DNA of 64,000 nt from Deltaproteobacteria bacterium (GTDB taxonomy: Bacteria; Myxococcota; Kuafuiibacteriia; Kuafuiibacteriales; Kuafuiibacteriaceae), in the NCBI GenBank assembly GCA_016713425.1, contig JADJPE010000005.1, forward strand, positions 992,111 through 1,056,110, given 5' to 3'. The notes under the pieces are model-generated. The model searched no databases, had not been told where the DNA came from, and saw only the letters and a list, made by a program, of their open reading frames with translations. The stretch's first letter is position 1. Every line of letters begins with the position of its first letter. Positions 54,045 through 63,190 of this stretch are shown one piece after another. The translations under genes and the position numbers were made by a program.

Positions 54045-54788
54045 ATGTGGTGGTTAGGCGTAATGGCGGCCGTCATCGGCCAAAACGTTCCGGAAATCTC
54101 CTCAGCCAAGGTCTTTCGAGGACCGGCGGGCGAACGCGTAGAAGTCATCGCGCTCAAGCCGGTCTCGAAAAACCTTGCGCTCCTCCGCGTGCAGGGCGCG
54201 GATTCAGCACACGATGGGCTTGTCTTGCCGTGCGAAGTTCAAGTCGACGGGTCCACCTCGAAGTACGTGACCCGGCACGACGGCGGCAACTGGACGATCA
54301 TGAGTCTGAGGGGTGGAAGAGCCGACGTCGAGGTTCCGGGACGGCCCGCCTTCGCCGCATCTTTTGACAAGAAGCTGACCGAAGCTCTCAAGCCAGATGA
54401 AATCTTGAGCGCCCACCGTGAGCAAGAGAGCCGGGGAACATTGAAGCTGTTCCAGCGGAAATCTTACCCCAAGATGGAAGCCAAGTATCAGGGACTCGCC
54501 CAGGAGGCTGCGGCCAAGCTGAGCAAGCGTTGCGGCCACACCGTTTCGATGCGGTTTGACTGGGGCTCGTTTGGCGACGAGGTCATGGCCGAGGTCAACG
54601 CCTGGAAGGCATGCGCGCCGATCATCGAACGTCTCGAGCGGTCCTGCGATACGGTGAAGAAGGCTTCCGAGATCGTGTGCAAGATGGGTACGACGTTTGG
54701 GCTCGAGATCGAAGAGAATGCGATATCATTCACGACAACACCGTCCGGCCAGAAGGATGGGCCAGGCTTCCTATCGAAGCAGAGGTAA
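54045..54788 (+). CDS. Secreted protein with a Cys-containing module similar to 53545-54042
   Basis: It starts 3 nt after the previous stop. The N-terminus MWWLGVMAAVIGQ is hydrophobic. The C-terminal part KRCGHTVSMRFDWGSFGDEVMAEVNAWKACAPIIERLERSCDTVKKASEIVCKMG resembles the preceding protein. Confidence 0.5.
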   Translation: MWWLGVMAAVIGQNVPEISSAKVFRGPAGERVEVIALKPVSKNLALLRVQGADSAHDGLVLPCEVQVDGSTSKYVTRHDGGNWTIMSLRGGRADVEVPGRPAFAASFDKKLTEALKPDEILSAHREQESRGTLKLFQRKSYPKMEAKYQGLAQEAAAKLSKRCGHTVSMRFDWGSFGDEVMAEVNAWKACAPIIERLERSCDTVKKASEIVCKMGTTFGLEIEENAISFTTTPSGQKDGPGFLSKQR

Positions 54789-54795
54789 CGCAGAC

Positions 54796-55602
54796 ATGAC
54801 ATGGTCACGCGCATTCTTGGGCGTCCGTCTGGCAACGGCGGTCGCGGTATCAATGGCCGTTCTGGCGCCGGGGTCAGCCCCGGCCGCCGCGGAATCCGAG
54901 TCAGGAGGATCGACTTGGACGCTCGATAACCTCGGGGCCGCCCTCAAGGATCGCTCCTACGCTGAGATCCTCGACCGTGCGTTGGATGTACCGGCTACGA
55001 ATCGGACCGATGCCTGGCGCAGCGCCGTCGCGGAAGCCGCGGCGGCGGTCATCCGAAAGATGACACCGGCCGAGAAGAAACCGCTCTCGGTGGTAGACCG
55101 TGCCGCCGAGCTCGTCACCCGCTTCGAGTTCCTCGAATCTGCACCGGCTTTCGCGGCCGCGCGCGGCGAGGTCATCGTAGCGGCGCTCCGACGGTGCTGG
55201 GACGCGGACGACCAGCGATGTCTTCGTGGGCTCGAAGTGCACACGAAGACGTTGTCCGGCAAGGCGGCACTGGATGCGGCGAAGGTCCTTCAGCGAGGCA
55301 GCCCCGCGTGGAGCGCAGCCAGCTTCATCAAGCAGGCCGTTTCGGGGACACCTGACCTCTGCAAGGAAGCGCTGGTCAGCAAGGTCGCGCTGTCAGCGCT
55401 CGGCACCCCCGAAGATCAAACGTTCGCTGCCGACGCACGCCGCGTTGCGTTCGAGTTGTGTTGGGACGATCTGAAACCCGCGCTCAAAGCCGGGATGGTC
55501 GGCGCGTCCAATGCCTACCTCAAGAACGCGTGCAAATCGATGCGGGAGAAGAAGGCCCTGTCGGAGCTTCAAGACGAGATCTGCCGGGAAGAAGATCTCT
55601 GA
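54796..55602 (+). CDS. Secreted hypothetical protein (268 aa)
   Basis: An ATG at 54796 precedes the signal peptide MTWSRAFLGVRLATAVAVSMAVLAPGSAPAAA. The alpha-helical mature part contains 8 Cys. Confidence 0.55.
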   Translation: MTWSRAFLGVRLATAVAVSMAVLAPGSAPAAAESESGGSTWTLDNLGAALKDRSYAEILDRALDVPATNRTDAWRSAVAEAAAAVIRKMTPAEKKPLSVVDRAAELVTRFEFLESAPAFAAARGEVIVAALRRCWDADDQRCLRGLEVHTKTLSGKAALDAAKVLQRGSPAWSAASFIKQAVSGTPDLCKEALVSKVALSALGTPEDQTFAADARRVAFELCWDDLKPALKAGMVGASNAYLKNACKSMREKKALSELQDEICREEDL

Positions 55603-55900
55603 GCCCGGCCGGACGTCCTGACACAGGCGACCACCTGATGGCTCCCATCCTCGAGCAATCCACCCCGATCCACCGATCCACCGATCCACCCACCCGATCC
55701 ACCGGTTCTCTGATTCGAACGACCAACGACTGTCTGGCCGGACGCGACAGAGTCATCACCCCCGCGCACCGAACCTGACTGACGGGTCGTACGGCATGAA
55801 GTGTGCTTTGGTTCTCAGGAGCATGCGCCCGGCGATCTCGACCCATCGAACATGCGACGCGACCAAGGCCACAAGGTGGCCGAGATCAGGGCCAACAACC

Positions 55901-58105
55901 GTGCGCACACGACTCGCTTTCGGTCTGATGTTCTTGTGCCTCGGAAGCGCCTCGCTGAGCGGCTGCCAAGAGACGACCTCGAGTCAATCGCGGGAGAGCA
56001 CGGCCGCATCGAACTCGGAGACGATGACCGCCCATGCGGTCGGCTTTGTGGACGGCGTGGACGAGGATAGTGCGGGCACTGTTCTGGTCCACGGGTGGGC
56101 GTGCGTCCATCAGCAGCCCCATCCGATCGCCATCCATGTCTACGTGGGCGGCCCGGCTGGCCAGGGTGGAGAATTCGTCGGCGCCACGGTGGCAGACTCG
56201 CCGCGCGAACGAGCCGTCGGTCATGAATGCGGCGTCGAGTCGTCCAACTTCGGCTTCGTCTTCCGACTCGACCTCGACGCCAACGCCGAGCTCGCGTTCG
56301 CCGGCAAGTCGGTCTTTGTTCACGGCATCTCCGAACCATGGGGCGGCCACAACGAACTGCTGGAACATTCGGGTCGATTCTCAGTCCCAACGCCGACCAC
56401 GCCGACGACGCCGACCACGCCGACGACGCCGACCACGCCAACGACGCCGACCACGCCAACGACGCCGACCACGCCAACGACACCGACCACGCCAACGACG
56501 CCGACCACGCCAACGACGCCGACCACGCCAACGACGCCGACCACGCCAACGACGCCGACTACGCCAACGACACCGACCACGCCAACAACACCGACCACGC
56601 CGACCCGCGTGTTTTCGCTTTCGCCGGTGGGCTTCGACCCCGGTCTGCAAACGCGCCGCGCCGCGGGCCTGTTTCCAGGAGAACGCTTCTACTTCGAAGC
56701 GTGTCCAGATTCGCCGACGCAGCACTGCGCCGGCACCTTCGCCAACGGATCGGGCTTCTACACACTGCCCGGCAACCAAGCCGACGCCATGAACGATCCT
56801 CGCCGTCAGGCGTGCACGATTAACTCAGGAGAGCCATTCACGCCTGTGCTCGATGACGGACGAGATCCGTTCGCGCCCGGCGCCTGGGACGATCCATCGA
56901 TCCATAACTTCCATGTCCCCTGCCCCTTCTATTTCGCTTGGGAGTCCGACGACCAGGGCAGCCCCGTTGCGCGCGTCACCATCGACACGCGCGCGTATCA
57001 GCCGGGCCCCACGGTCAACAACTACCATGGGCTCCAGACGAACCTAGCGATTGGGTCGAGCTACGGCGGCATCGACTTCAACAACGCATCGATGACGCCA
57101 CGCGCCGTCGATGTCGAGTTCGCGGATTTCGAGTTCAAAGCCCAGATGTGCCCCGGCCGTGCGGCCTCGGACGCAAACCAGTTCGGCGTCTTTCACTACT
57201 ACGCAAGCTTCTACAACGCCGAGAACCAAGGCGGATTCACCATCGCCTTCGACTACGGGTTCTTTAGCCACCCCGGCGGCGGAACCGTCGAACCCGTCTA
57301 CATCCAGCCAGAATCCGACCTCGGCGGCCCTCAGACGGACACCTTCCGAGCGCATTTCCACGTCCACAGCCATCAACTCGGCATCATACCGGATGGCGCA
57401 GGCGTCGTGCTCGACGCCTCGCCGGACTGCAGCACGCCCATGAGCTCGATCCCTTGGCGAAGGGTCCGGGCCCCGATTGGCGCGGTGATTCGTCATCTCG
57501 TCGCCACCGGAGAGATCACGGAAGCCGTTCTCGACCGAGCGAAGTACGTGGGTGGCATCATCGCAGGACCAGAGCACTGGGGGCGGATCAAGACGACGGC
57601 CCTGGTGAGGAACCATTCTCTGTGGGCCAAGGTTGTGACCTCGCCGCACAGCGTCGGGGTCGACGGCATCCCAGAGGGGAAGTTCCGGTTGGCGGGCGAC
57701 GCGGAGCGACATGTCTACTACGCCAATGGGCAAGGCGGTCACTGTCGCTATCCGACCTTCGACGCCGCAGGCGTCGAAACCGCGCTGGACATTGAGCGCG
57801 TCTACGACGTTGCGCCCGAAACCGTTTCGGGTGCCAGCGAAGTATGCGGCGGTTCCGGCGCCGAGACAGCCATCAGTCGAACACAGGACAGCGGCCGGTA
57901 TCCCGCAGGCCTATTCCGAACCAAAGCAGAAGGCCGAAGTTGGATGTACTACTCGAACGGTGTCGACGCGTTCTGCCGCTATGTCGTGCCGGCACATGCG
58001 GGTGTTTCCAGCGCGAATGCCATCACCACCGTCTACGACACCCCACCGTTCGCGATGCGCAACGATGGCTTCTGCCCAGGGGCCGACGTCTTCTTGGCGC
58101 GTTGA
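55901..58105 (+). CDS. Large lipoprotein with a (PTT)x~24 linker and a triplicated roughly 50-aa module
   Basis: A GTG at 55901 precedes the signal RTRLAFGLMFLCLGSASLSGC with the lipobox LSGC. A 9-nt tandem repeat (PTT) runs 56389-56600. The module HVYVGGPAGQGGEFVGATV, HVYYANGQGGHCRYPTFDAAGVE, SWMYYSNGVDAFCRYVVPAHAGVS occurs three times. Confidence 0.7.
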   Translation: MRTRLAFGLMFLCLGSASLSGCQETTSSQSRESTAASNSETMTAHAVGFVDGVDEDSAGTVLVHGWACVHQQPHPIAIHVYVGGPAGQGGEFVGATVADSPRERAVGHECGVESSNFGFVFRLDLDANAELAFAGKSVFVHGISEPWGGHNELLEHSGRFSVPTPTTPTTPTTPTTPTTPTTPTTPTTPTTPTTPTTPTTPTTPTTPTTPTTPTTPTTPTTPTTPTTPTTPTTPTRVFSLSPVGFDPGLQTRRAAGLFPGERFYFEACPDSPTQHCAGTFANGSGFYTLPGNQADAMNDPRRQACTINSGEPFTPVLDDGRDPFAPGAWDDPSIHNFHVPCPFYFAWESDDQGSPVARVTIDTRAYQPGPTVNNYHGLQTNLAIGSSYGGIDFNNASMTPRAVDVEFADFEFKAQMCPGRAASDANQFGVFHYYASFYNAENQGGFTIAFDYGFFSHPGGGTVEPVYIQPESDLGGPQTDTFRAHFHVHSHQLGIIPDGAGVVLDASPDCSTPMSSIPWRRVRAPIGAVIRHLVATGEITEAVLDRAKYVGGIIAGPEHWGRIKTTALVRNHSLWAKVVTSPHSVGVDGIPEGKFRLAGDAERHVYYANGQGGHCRYPTFDAAGVETALDIERVYDVAPETVSGASEVCGGSGAETAISRTQDSGRYPAGLFRTKAEGRSWMYYSNGVDAFCRYVVPAHAGVSSANAITTVYDTPPFAMRNDGFCPGADVFLAR
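56389..56600. repeat. Coding 9-nt/18-nt tandem repeat (ccgaccacgccaacgacg) encoding (PTT)n
   Basis: Read directly. About 23-24 near-perfect 9-nt units. Confidence 0.9.
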
Positions 58106-58174
58106 CGCATTGACACCTGACACGCATTGACACCTGACACGCATTGACACCTGACGCGCATTGACACCTGACGC
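58102..58174. repeat. Intergenic 17-nt tandem repeat (gcattgacacctgacac) with 4+ units, an array of phased TGACA/TGACG boxes
   Basis: ttgac-gcattgacacctgacac x4, immediately after the lipoprotein stop (58103-58105) and about 170 nt upstream of the cytochrome c lipoprotein gene. Each unit carries two TGAC(A/G)C half-sites spaced 7 nt apart, and the unit includes a TTGACA -35-like hexamer. Confidence 0.9.
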
Positions 58175-58343
58175 GCCGGCACACCTATCCCTTCCCTCCA
58201 GCGCTGCCCTCCGACGCCCGATATCCGGAGCTCCGCTGACCCGATCTGTCTTCTGTCTCTCACGGCGGGATTGACAAGAATCGGACGCATGCGTGATGGC
58301 GAGCCCGCGATCCCTTGATGCAGAAGGGACGGGAGGAAACGTG

Positions 58344-58706
58344 ATGAACCTAAGACGCTTCGGTTTGGTGACCGCGCTTTTGCTCGGCAGCACATTGGGA
58401 TTCGCATGCGGCGAGACGGACGTGGGCGAATGCCCAGCTGATTCGACCGAGACTCAAGTTCGGGGCCAGCAGCTCGTGGTCGATCGCTGCATGGGGTGCC
58501 ATGCATCGACGCTTACGGGGAGCGATCGAAACAACGCGCCCAGCAACCTGAACTTCGACGACCTATCCGTGGTCCGGAACGAGGGCAACGAGCTGTTCGA
58601 GGAAATCGACGCCGGAGACATGCCCCCGAGCGGCCCGCTCTCAAGCGCCGACAAGGAAAGCATCCGTGTTTGGTTGGCCTGCGGCGCGCCGGACGTCATA
58701 GACTGA
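58344..58706 (+). CDS. Small c-type cytochrome-like lipoprotein
   Basis: An ATG at 58344 follows a GGGAGG RBS. The signal MNLRRFGLVTALLLGSTLGFAC has the lipobox GFAC. There is a single CxxCH heme-binding motif (CMGCH) and a downstream Met (DMPP) that could be the axial ligand. Confidence 0.6.
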   Translation: MNLRRFGLVTALLLGSTLGFACGETDVGECPADSTETQVRGQQLVVDRCMGCHASTLTGSDRNNAPSNLNFDDLSVVRNEGNELFEEIDAGDMPPSGPLSSADKESIRVWLACGAPDVID

Positions 58707-58870
58707 GCTTTGAGCAGCGCCGAACGCGGGCGGTTGCGCCACTGCGGAAATCGGGGATTGACCCCCCTCTCGGCGTCAAAACAGCGAAGACCGAAGACGA
58801 TGCTGGCCAGGGACCTGCGCTTCGAGTACAGGCCGTCGAGGTCCACGTCGTCCAAGACGCAAACGTGGGG

Positions 58871-60748
58871 ATGCTTATGGCGGACGTTTTCGGAATTGAG
58901 CCGAGCTACTGGGATATCACTGGGCAGCTGCGCCACGCAGCGCCCGAGGTCATGGAGCGGATTCGGAAGTCGCTTGGGTCTGACCAGTACCCTGAAGGGC
59001 CGCCACAAGATGGGCATGTTCGCTTCGTGCGAAGCGGCGAACAGGCAGACGTCGGGCGCGCTCGGATCGAGCTCGAGTCCGGCGGCGACCTAACGGTCGA
59101 TGGCGTCCTGCCCCCTGACCTCCCCATCGGCTATCATACGCTGCACAGTCTCGAACGCGAGCGGGTCGAACGCCTGTTCGTAACCCCGGGTGTGTGCTAC
59201 CGACCAAGCGAGCGGGCGTGGGGTTTCGCGGTTCAGATCTACGCCACCCGCTCCAAGAAGAGCTGGGGAATCGGCGATTTTGGGGATCTGGGCGAGGTCG
59301 CCGCGATGTCGAAGCGGCTCGGCGCCGGGATGATGCTTCTGAACCCTGTCCACGCACCCGCCCCTCATGACGAGCAGCAGCCGAGCCCCTATTTCCCGGT
59401 AAGCCGGCGATTCTTGTCGCCTCTTTACATTGATGTCGAAGCCGTACCGGGCGCCAGCGACGTCGGGGTCGATCTGTCGGCCCAGCGCGAGGCCGGCCGC
59501 AAGCTCAATTCGGACCGACGCATCGACCGAGATGCCGTGTGGAAACTCAAAAGGAGTGCGCTCGAAGCCATCTGGGCCCGTCATCGCCCGGGCACGAGTG
59601 AGTTTCAGAAGTGGGCAGCCGCTCAAGGCCGTGCGCTTCGTGAGTTCGCGACCTGGTGCGTCTTGGTTGAGAAGCACGGGCCTCTCTTCCGCAAGTGGCC
59701 GACGCAATTCCGGAACCCTTCGGACCCGGCCGTCGCGGCCTTCGGCGAGGCCTCGATCGAGCGGGTGCGTTTCTTCGAGTGGATGCAGTGGCTCGCACGC
59801 ACGCAGCTCGCGCGCGCGTGCACGCTGCCGTTGACCGTCCAAGATCTCCCGGTCGGTGTAGACGCCGAAGGCGCGGATGCTTGGGCCTTCCAGGACGTAC
59901 TGGCCGAAGGTGTTCGAGTCGGTGCGCCGCCCGACCCGTTCAACTGGCACGGCCAAAACTGGGGTGTGCCGCCGTTTGTCCCGTGGCGCCTTCGTCGTTC
60001 CGGATACCGAGCGTTCATCGAAACGCTGCGAGATACGCTCAGCGGCGCGAGTGGCCTGCGCATCGACCACGCGATGGGTCTCTCCCGTCTTTGGTGGATT
60101 CCGCCAGGCTGTTCGCCCACGGAGGGCGCGTACGTGCGCTACCCGGCGCACGAGTTCTTCGACATCATTGCGATCGAAAGCCATCGCGCCAAAGCCGTGA
60201 TCGTGGGCGAGGATCTCGGCACCGTCGAAGCTGGATTCCGAGAGGAATTGCAGCGACGTCAGATGCTGTCGTACCGGGTGCTCTGGTTCGAAGAAGGCGA
60301 TCCGGCGCACTGGCCGGAGCTCGCCCTTGCCTCGGTTACGACGCACGATCTACCGACCGTAGCGGGACTGTTCAGCGGCGCGGACTTCGAGCAGCAGCAG
60401 CGGTTCGGGATCGACCCCGACCGAAACGCGGGACAGGCGCTCAAAGAGCGTCTCGCACGGGACAGCGGTCTGCCGCCTGACGCGAGCATCGAAGACGCGA
60501 TCCTCGGAACGCACAAGCGGCTGTCGCGAGCCGCGACCCAGTACGTCGTCGCCACGCTCGAGGATGCCGTCGCGGAGGCACAGCGCCCCAATGTACCGGG
60601 CGCCGCGAAGAACGAGCCGGAGAACTGGTCGCGTGCTCTATCCGTGGCCGTCGAAGACCTCGAAAAGCATCCCCTGGTGGTCAAGCTGGCCGAAACGCTC
60701 GGCGCCAATGGCCGGGCAATCAAGGGCTCTGTTCAAGATTCAAAATAG
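58871..60748 (+). CDS. malQ: 4-alpha-glucanotransferase (amylomaltase, GH77)
   Basis: GH77 motifs: MADVFGIEPSYWDITGQ, WGIGDFGDL, RIDHAMGL, GEDLGTV. Confidence 0.8.
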   Translation: MLMADVFGIEPSYWDITGQLRHAAPEVMERIRKSLGSDQYPEGPPQDGHVRFVRSGEQADVGRARIELESGGDLTVDGVLPPDLPIGYHTLHSLERERVERLFVTPGVCYRPSERAWGFAVQIYATRSKKSWGIGDFGDLGEVAAMSKRLGAGMMLLNPVHAPAPHDEQQPSPYFPVSRRFLSPLYIDVEAVPGASDVGVDLSAQREAGRKLNSDRRIDRDAVWKLKRSALEAIWARHRPGTSEFQKWAAAQGRALREFATWCVLVEKHGPLFRKWPTQFRNPSDPAVAAFGEASIERVRFFEWMQWLARTQLARACTLPLTVQDLPVGVDAEGADAWAFQDVLAEGVRVGAPPDPFNWHGQNWGVPPFVPWRLRRSGYRAFIETLRDTLSGASGLRIDHAMGLSRLWWIPPGCSPTEGAYVRYPAHEFFDIIAIESHRAKAVIVGEDLGTVEAGFREELQRRQMLSYRVLWFEEGDPAHWPELALASVTTHDLPTVAGLFSGADFEQQQRFGIDPDRNAGQALKERLARDSGLPPDASIEDAILGTHKRLSRAATQYVVATLEDAVAEAQRPNVPGAAKNEPENWSRALSVAVEDLEKHPLVVKLAETLGANGRAIKGSVQDSK

Positions 60749-63190
60749 GCTGGCCGTCGTGGTGGTCGGGACGTAGGTGAGCGCCGGAAGAGGCGCTCGC
60801 CCGGGATCACGATAAGGCGCATAAGACGTCGGTACCGAGCCTCGCACGAGCCCAACCCACTGCCCTTCGCTTTCGACCAACAGCGCTTCGTCCGGTATGG
60901 GGAAGGCGTCGTCGGGCGACGCCGGCAGGGCCTCCACGATCGTGATCCAGGCCGGAAGAGCGGCGCGACCACCCGTCTCCTTGTCGCCCAGTGATTCGTT
61001 CCCGTCGGTCCCCACCCAGACCCCCACGGTGTAGCGCGGCGTAAAGCCGACGAACCAGGCATCGATGTTGTTGTTTGTCGTGCCCGTCTTGCCTGCGCGC
61101 TCGTAGCCACGCTTGTAGGCCCGCCGCGCCGTGCCAGCCCGAACGACTTCGCCCATCATATCGACGATCTCGTAGCTCACGGCCGCCGGCAACGCGCGTC
61201 GAGGTGAAGGTCCTGGCAAGATGGGCCAGTCCGTGTCGCCGTCCTCATTGGCGTCGGGCACGAGACGACCGGCCAAGCCGATCACACGCCCTTGGGGTCC
61301 GATCACTTTGTCGATGTAGACGGGCTCCATCGCGATCCCCATTCGCGCAAAGGCCGAATAGGCGCGCACCTGGTCCAGTAGGGTGACCTCACTCGAACCA
61401 AGGGCGAGCGTGGGATCGGCGCGCAGCGGCGATCGCACACCCAGCGCCGCGGCTCGGCTGACGACCGCGTCGGCCCCCACCTCGAGGAGGAGGCGAATCG
61501 CGACGCTGTTGAGGCTCTTGGCCAGCGCCCGCCGAATCGTGATCGGCCCAAAATATCGACCTCCGTAGTTCTTGGGTACCCAGCGGCGGCCGGCCGCGCC
61601 GGGAAGATTCAACGGGGCGTCGACCACCACGTCGAGTTGAGTACGTCCCTGCAAGAGGGCCTGCGTGTACACGTACGGCTTGAAGCTGCTGCCCGGCTGA
61701 CGGCGAGCCTGCGTCGCCCGAACAAACCCCTCGAGCGTCGACTGATAGCCGCCCACGAGCGCAATGATCCGCCCTGTCGCATTCTCCATGACCAGGGCTG
61801 CACCTTCGGCGGACGGCCGTGGATCGAGGCCAACCGTCTCCTCCGTGATCTGACAGACGCGAAGCACATCGCCCGATTGAACCGAGGACTCGAGGCGTTC
61901 GGTCGACGCCGAACGCGACAGGCGCTCGTCATACGTCACGCGGACGCGCGCCTGCCGGTCGGAAGGATTGAGCCCAAAACGCCAAGGGCCGGCCAGAAGT
62001 TGATCGAGGTCGGCCGGATCGCCCACCAGCGCATCGAAGCAATCACCTCGCTCCGGACGCTCCAGCGCGCCCGAGGCCGGGTCGCGACGCAATCCAGGCG
62101 CTCGCGCCAGGAACGCCTCCCACTCGGGCCGGGCGAGATGTTTGACCGTACTGCGATGCCCTTGGCGATCGGTATGAGCGAGGAGCGCTTCCTGAACCGC
62201 CTCCTCGGCAACCGCCTGGATGCGTCGATCGAGCGGCGTATAGACCTTGAGCCCCACCTTGACGGCAACTTCGGTCCCGTAAACAGCCCGGAGCTCCCGC
62301 CGAACTTGCGTCACATAGGAAACACCCACCCGATCACGCTCGAGCAACTCGACCGGATAGGACGCGGGATCGTCGAGATATCGAGAGGCTTCTCCGCGCC
62401 CGAGAAAGCCTGCGTCCTCCATCGTCACCAGCACGATCTCGCGACGACGTTTCGCACGCTCGGGATAACGCTCCGGCGCATAGATGGAAGGCGCGGGTAC
62501 AAGCCCGGCCAGGAGCGCAGCCTGACCCGCATCCAGAAGCGACGCCGGAATGCCAAAGTAATCGCGGGCGGCCGCCTCAACGCCGTAGTTCCCGGATCCG
62601 AGATACACGTAGTTGATGTAGACCTCGAGGATCTCATCCTTCGACAGCTCCTTCTCGAGACGCCACGCCAAAACGGCCTCACGCAACTTTCGGCGATACG
62701 ATCGCTCCTTGTCGTTGAGGATGTTCTTTACGAGCTGCTGAGTAATGGTCGATCCGCCCTGTCGAACCGTTCCGCTTTGCAGATTCACCCAGAAGGCGCG
62801 GACGATGCCTAGCAGGTCAATCCCTTGGTGTTCGTAAAATCGACGATCCTCCGCAGCCACGAACGCGTTCTTGACGTGGAGCGGCAACTCATCGAGATGG
62901 ACCCACATTCGTCGCTCGAGATAGAACTCGTCGACGAGAACGCCCGCGGCGTCGTACACCTGGCAGCTTATGGGCGGACGCCACTCTCGAAGCGAAGAAA
63001 GATCCGACGGCAGAGTCTGCAAGATGTTGCGGTCGAACCAGTAGTAGCCGTAGCCACCGAGAATCGCAAAGATGAAGAGGAGCACACCGAGAACGCGCAG
63101 TCCGCTCAGAAGGAAGCGACGCGAAAAAATCCGACGCCCTTTCGCCGTCGGATTCGCGTTCGCGTTCGCGGGCGTGTCCGCATTCGCCAT
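60740..63190 (-). CDS. mrcA: Penicillin-binding protein 1A (class A PBP, glycosyltransferase plus transpeptidase)
   Basis: An N-terminal TM anchor is followed by the GT51 motifs EDRRFYEHQGID and GGSTITQQLVKN. The transpeptidase carries SxxK (GSSFKP), SxN and KTG (KTGTT). The 3' end overlaps malQ by 9 nt, convergently. Confidence 0.9.
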   Translation of the reverse strand: MANADTPANANANPTAKGRRIFSRRFLLSGLRVLGVLLFIFAILGGYGYYWFDRNILQTLPSDLSSLREWRPPISCQVYDAAGVLVDEFYLERRMWVHLDELPLHVKNAFVAAEDRRFYEHQGIDLLGIVRAFWVNLQSGTVRQGGSTITQQLVKNILNDKERSYRRKLREAVLAWRLEKELSKDEILEVYINYVYLGSGNYGVEAAARDYFGIPASLLDAGQAALLAGLVPAPSIYAPERYPERAKRRREIVLVTMEDAGFLGRGEASRYLDDPASYPVELLERDRVGVSYVTQVRRELRAVYGTEVAVKVGLKVYTPLDRRIQAVAEEAVQEALLAHTDRQGHRSTVKHLARPEWEAFLARAPGLRRDPASGALERPERGDCFDALVGDPADLDQLLAGPWRFGLNPSDRQARVRVTYDERLSRSASTERLESSVQSGDVLRVCQITEETVGLDPRPSAEGAALVMENATGRIIALVGGYQSTLEGFVRATQARRQPGSSFKPYVYTQALLQGRTQLDVVVDAPLNLPGAAGRRWVPKNYGGRYFGPITIRRALAKSLNSVAIRLLLEVGADAVVSRAAALGVRSPLRADPTLALGSSEVTLLDQVRAYSAFARMGIAMEPVYIDKVIGPQGRVIGLAGRLVPDANEDGDTDWPILPGPSPRRALPAAVSYEIVDMMGEVVRAGTARRAYKRGYERAGKTGTTNNNIDAWFVGFTPRYTVGVWVGTDGNESLGDKETGGRAALPAWITIVEALPASPDDAFPIPDEALLVESEGQWVGLVRGSVPTSYAPYRDPGRAPLPALTYVPTTTTASLF

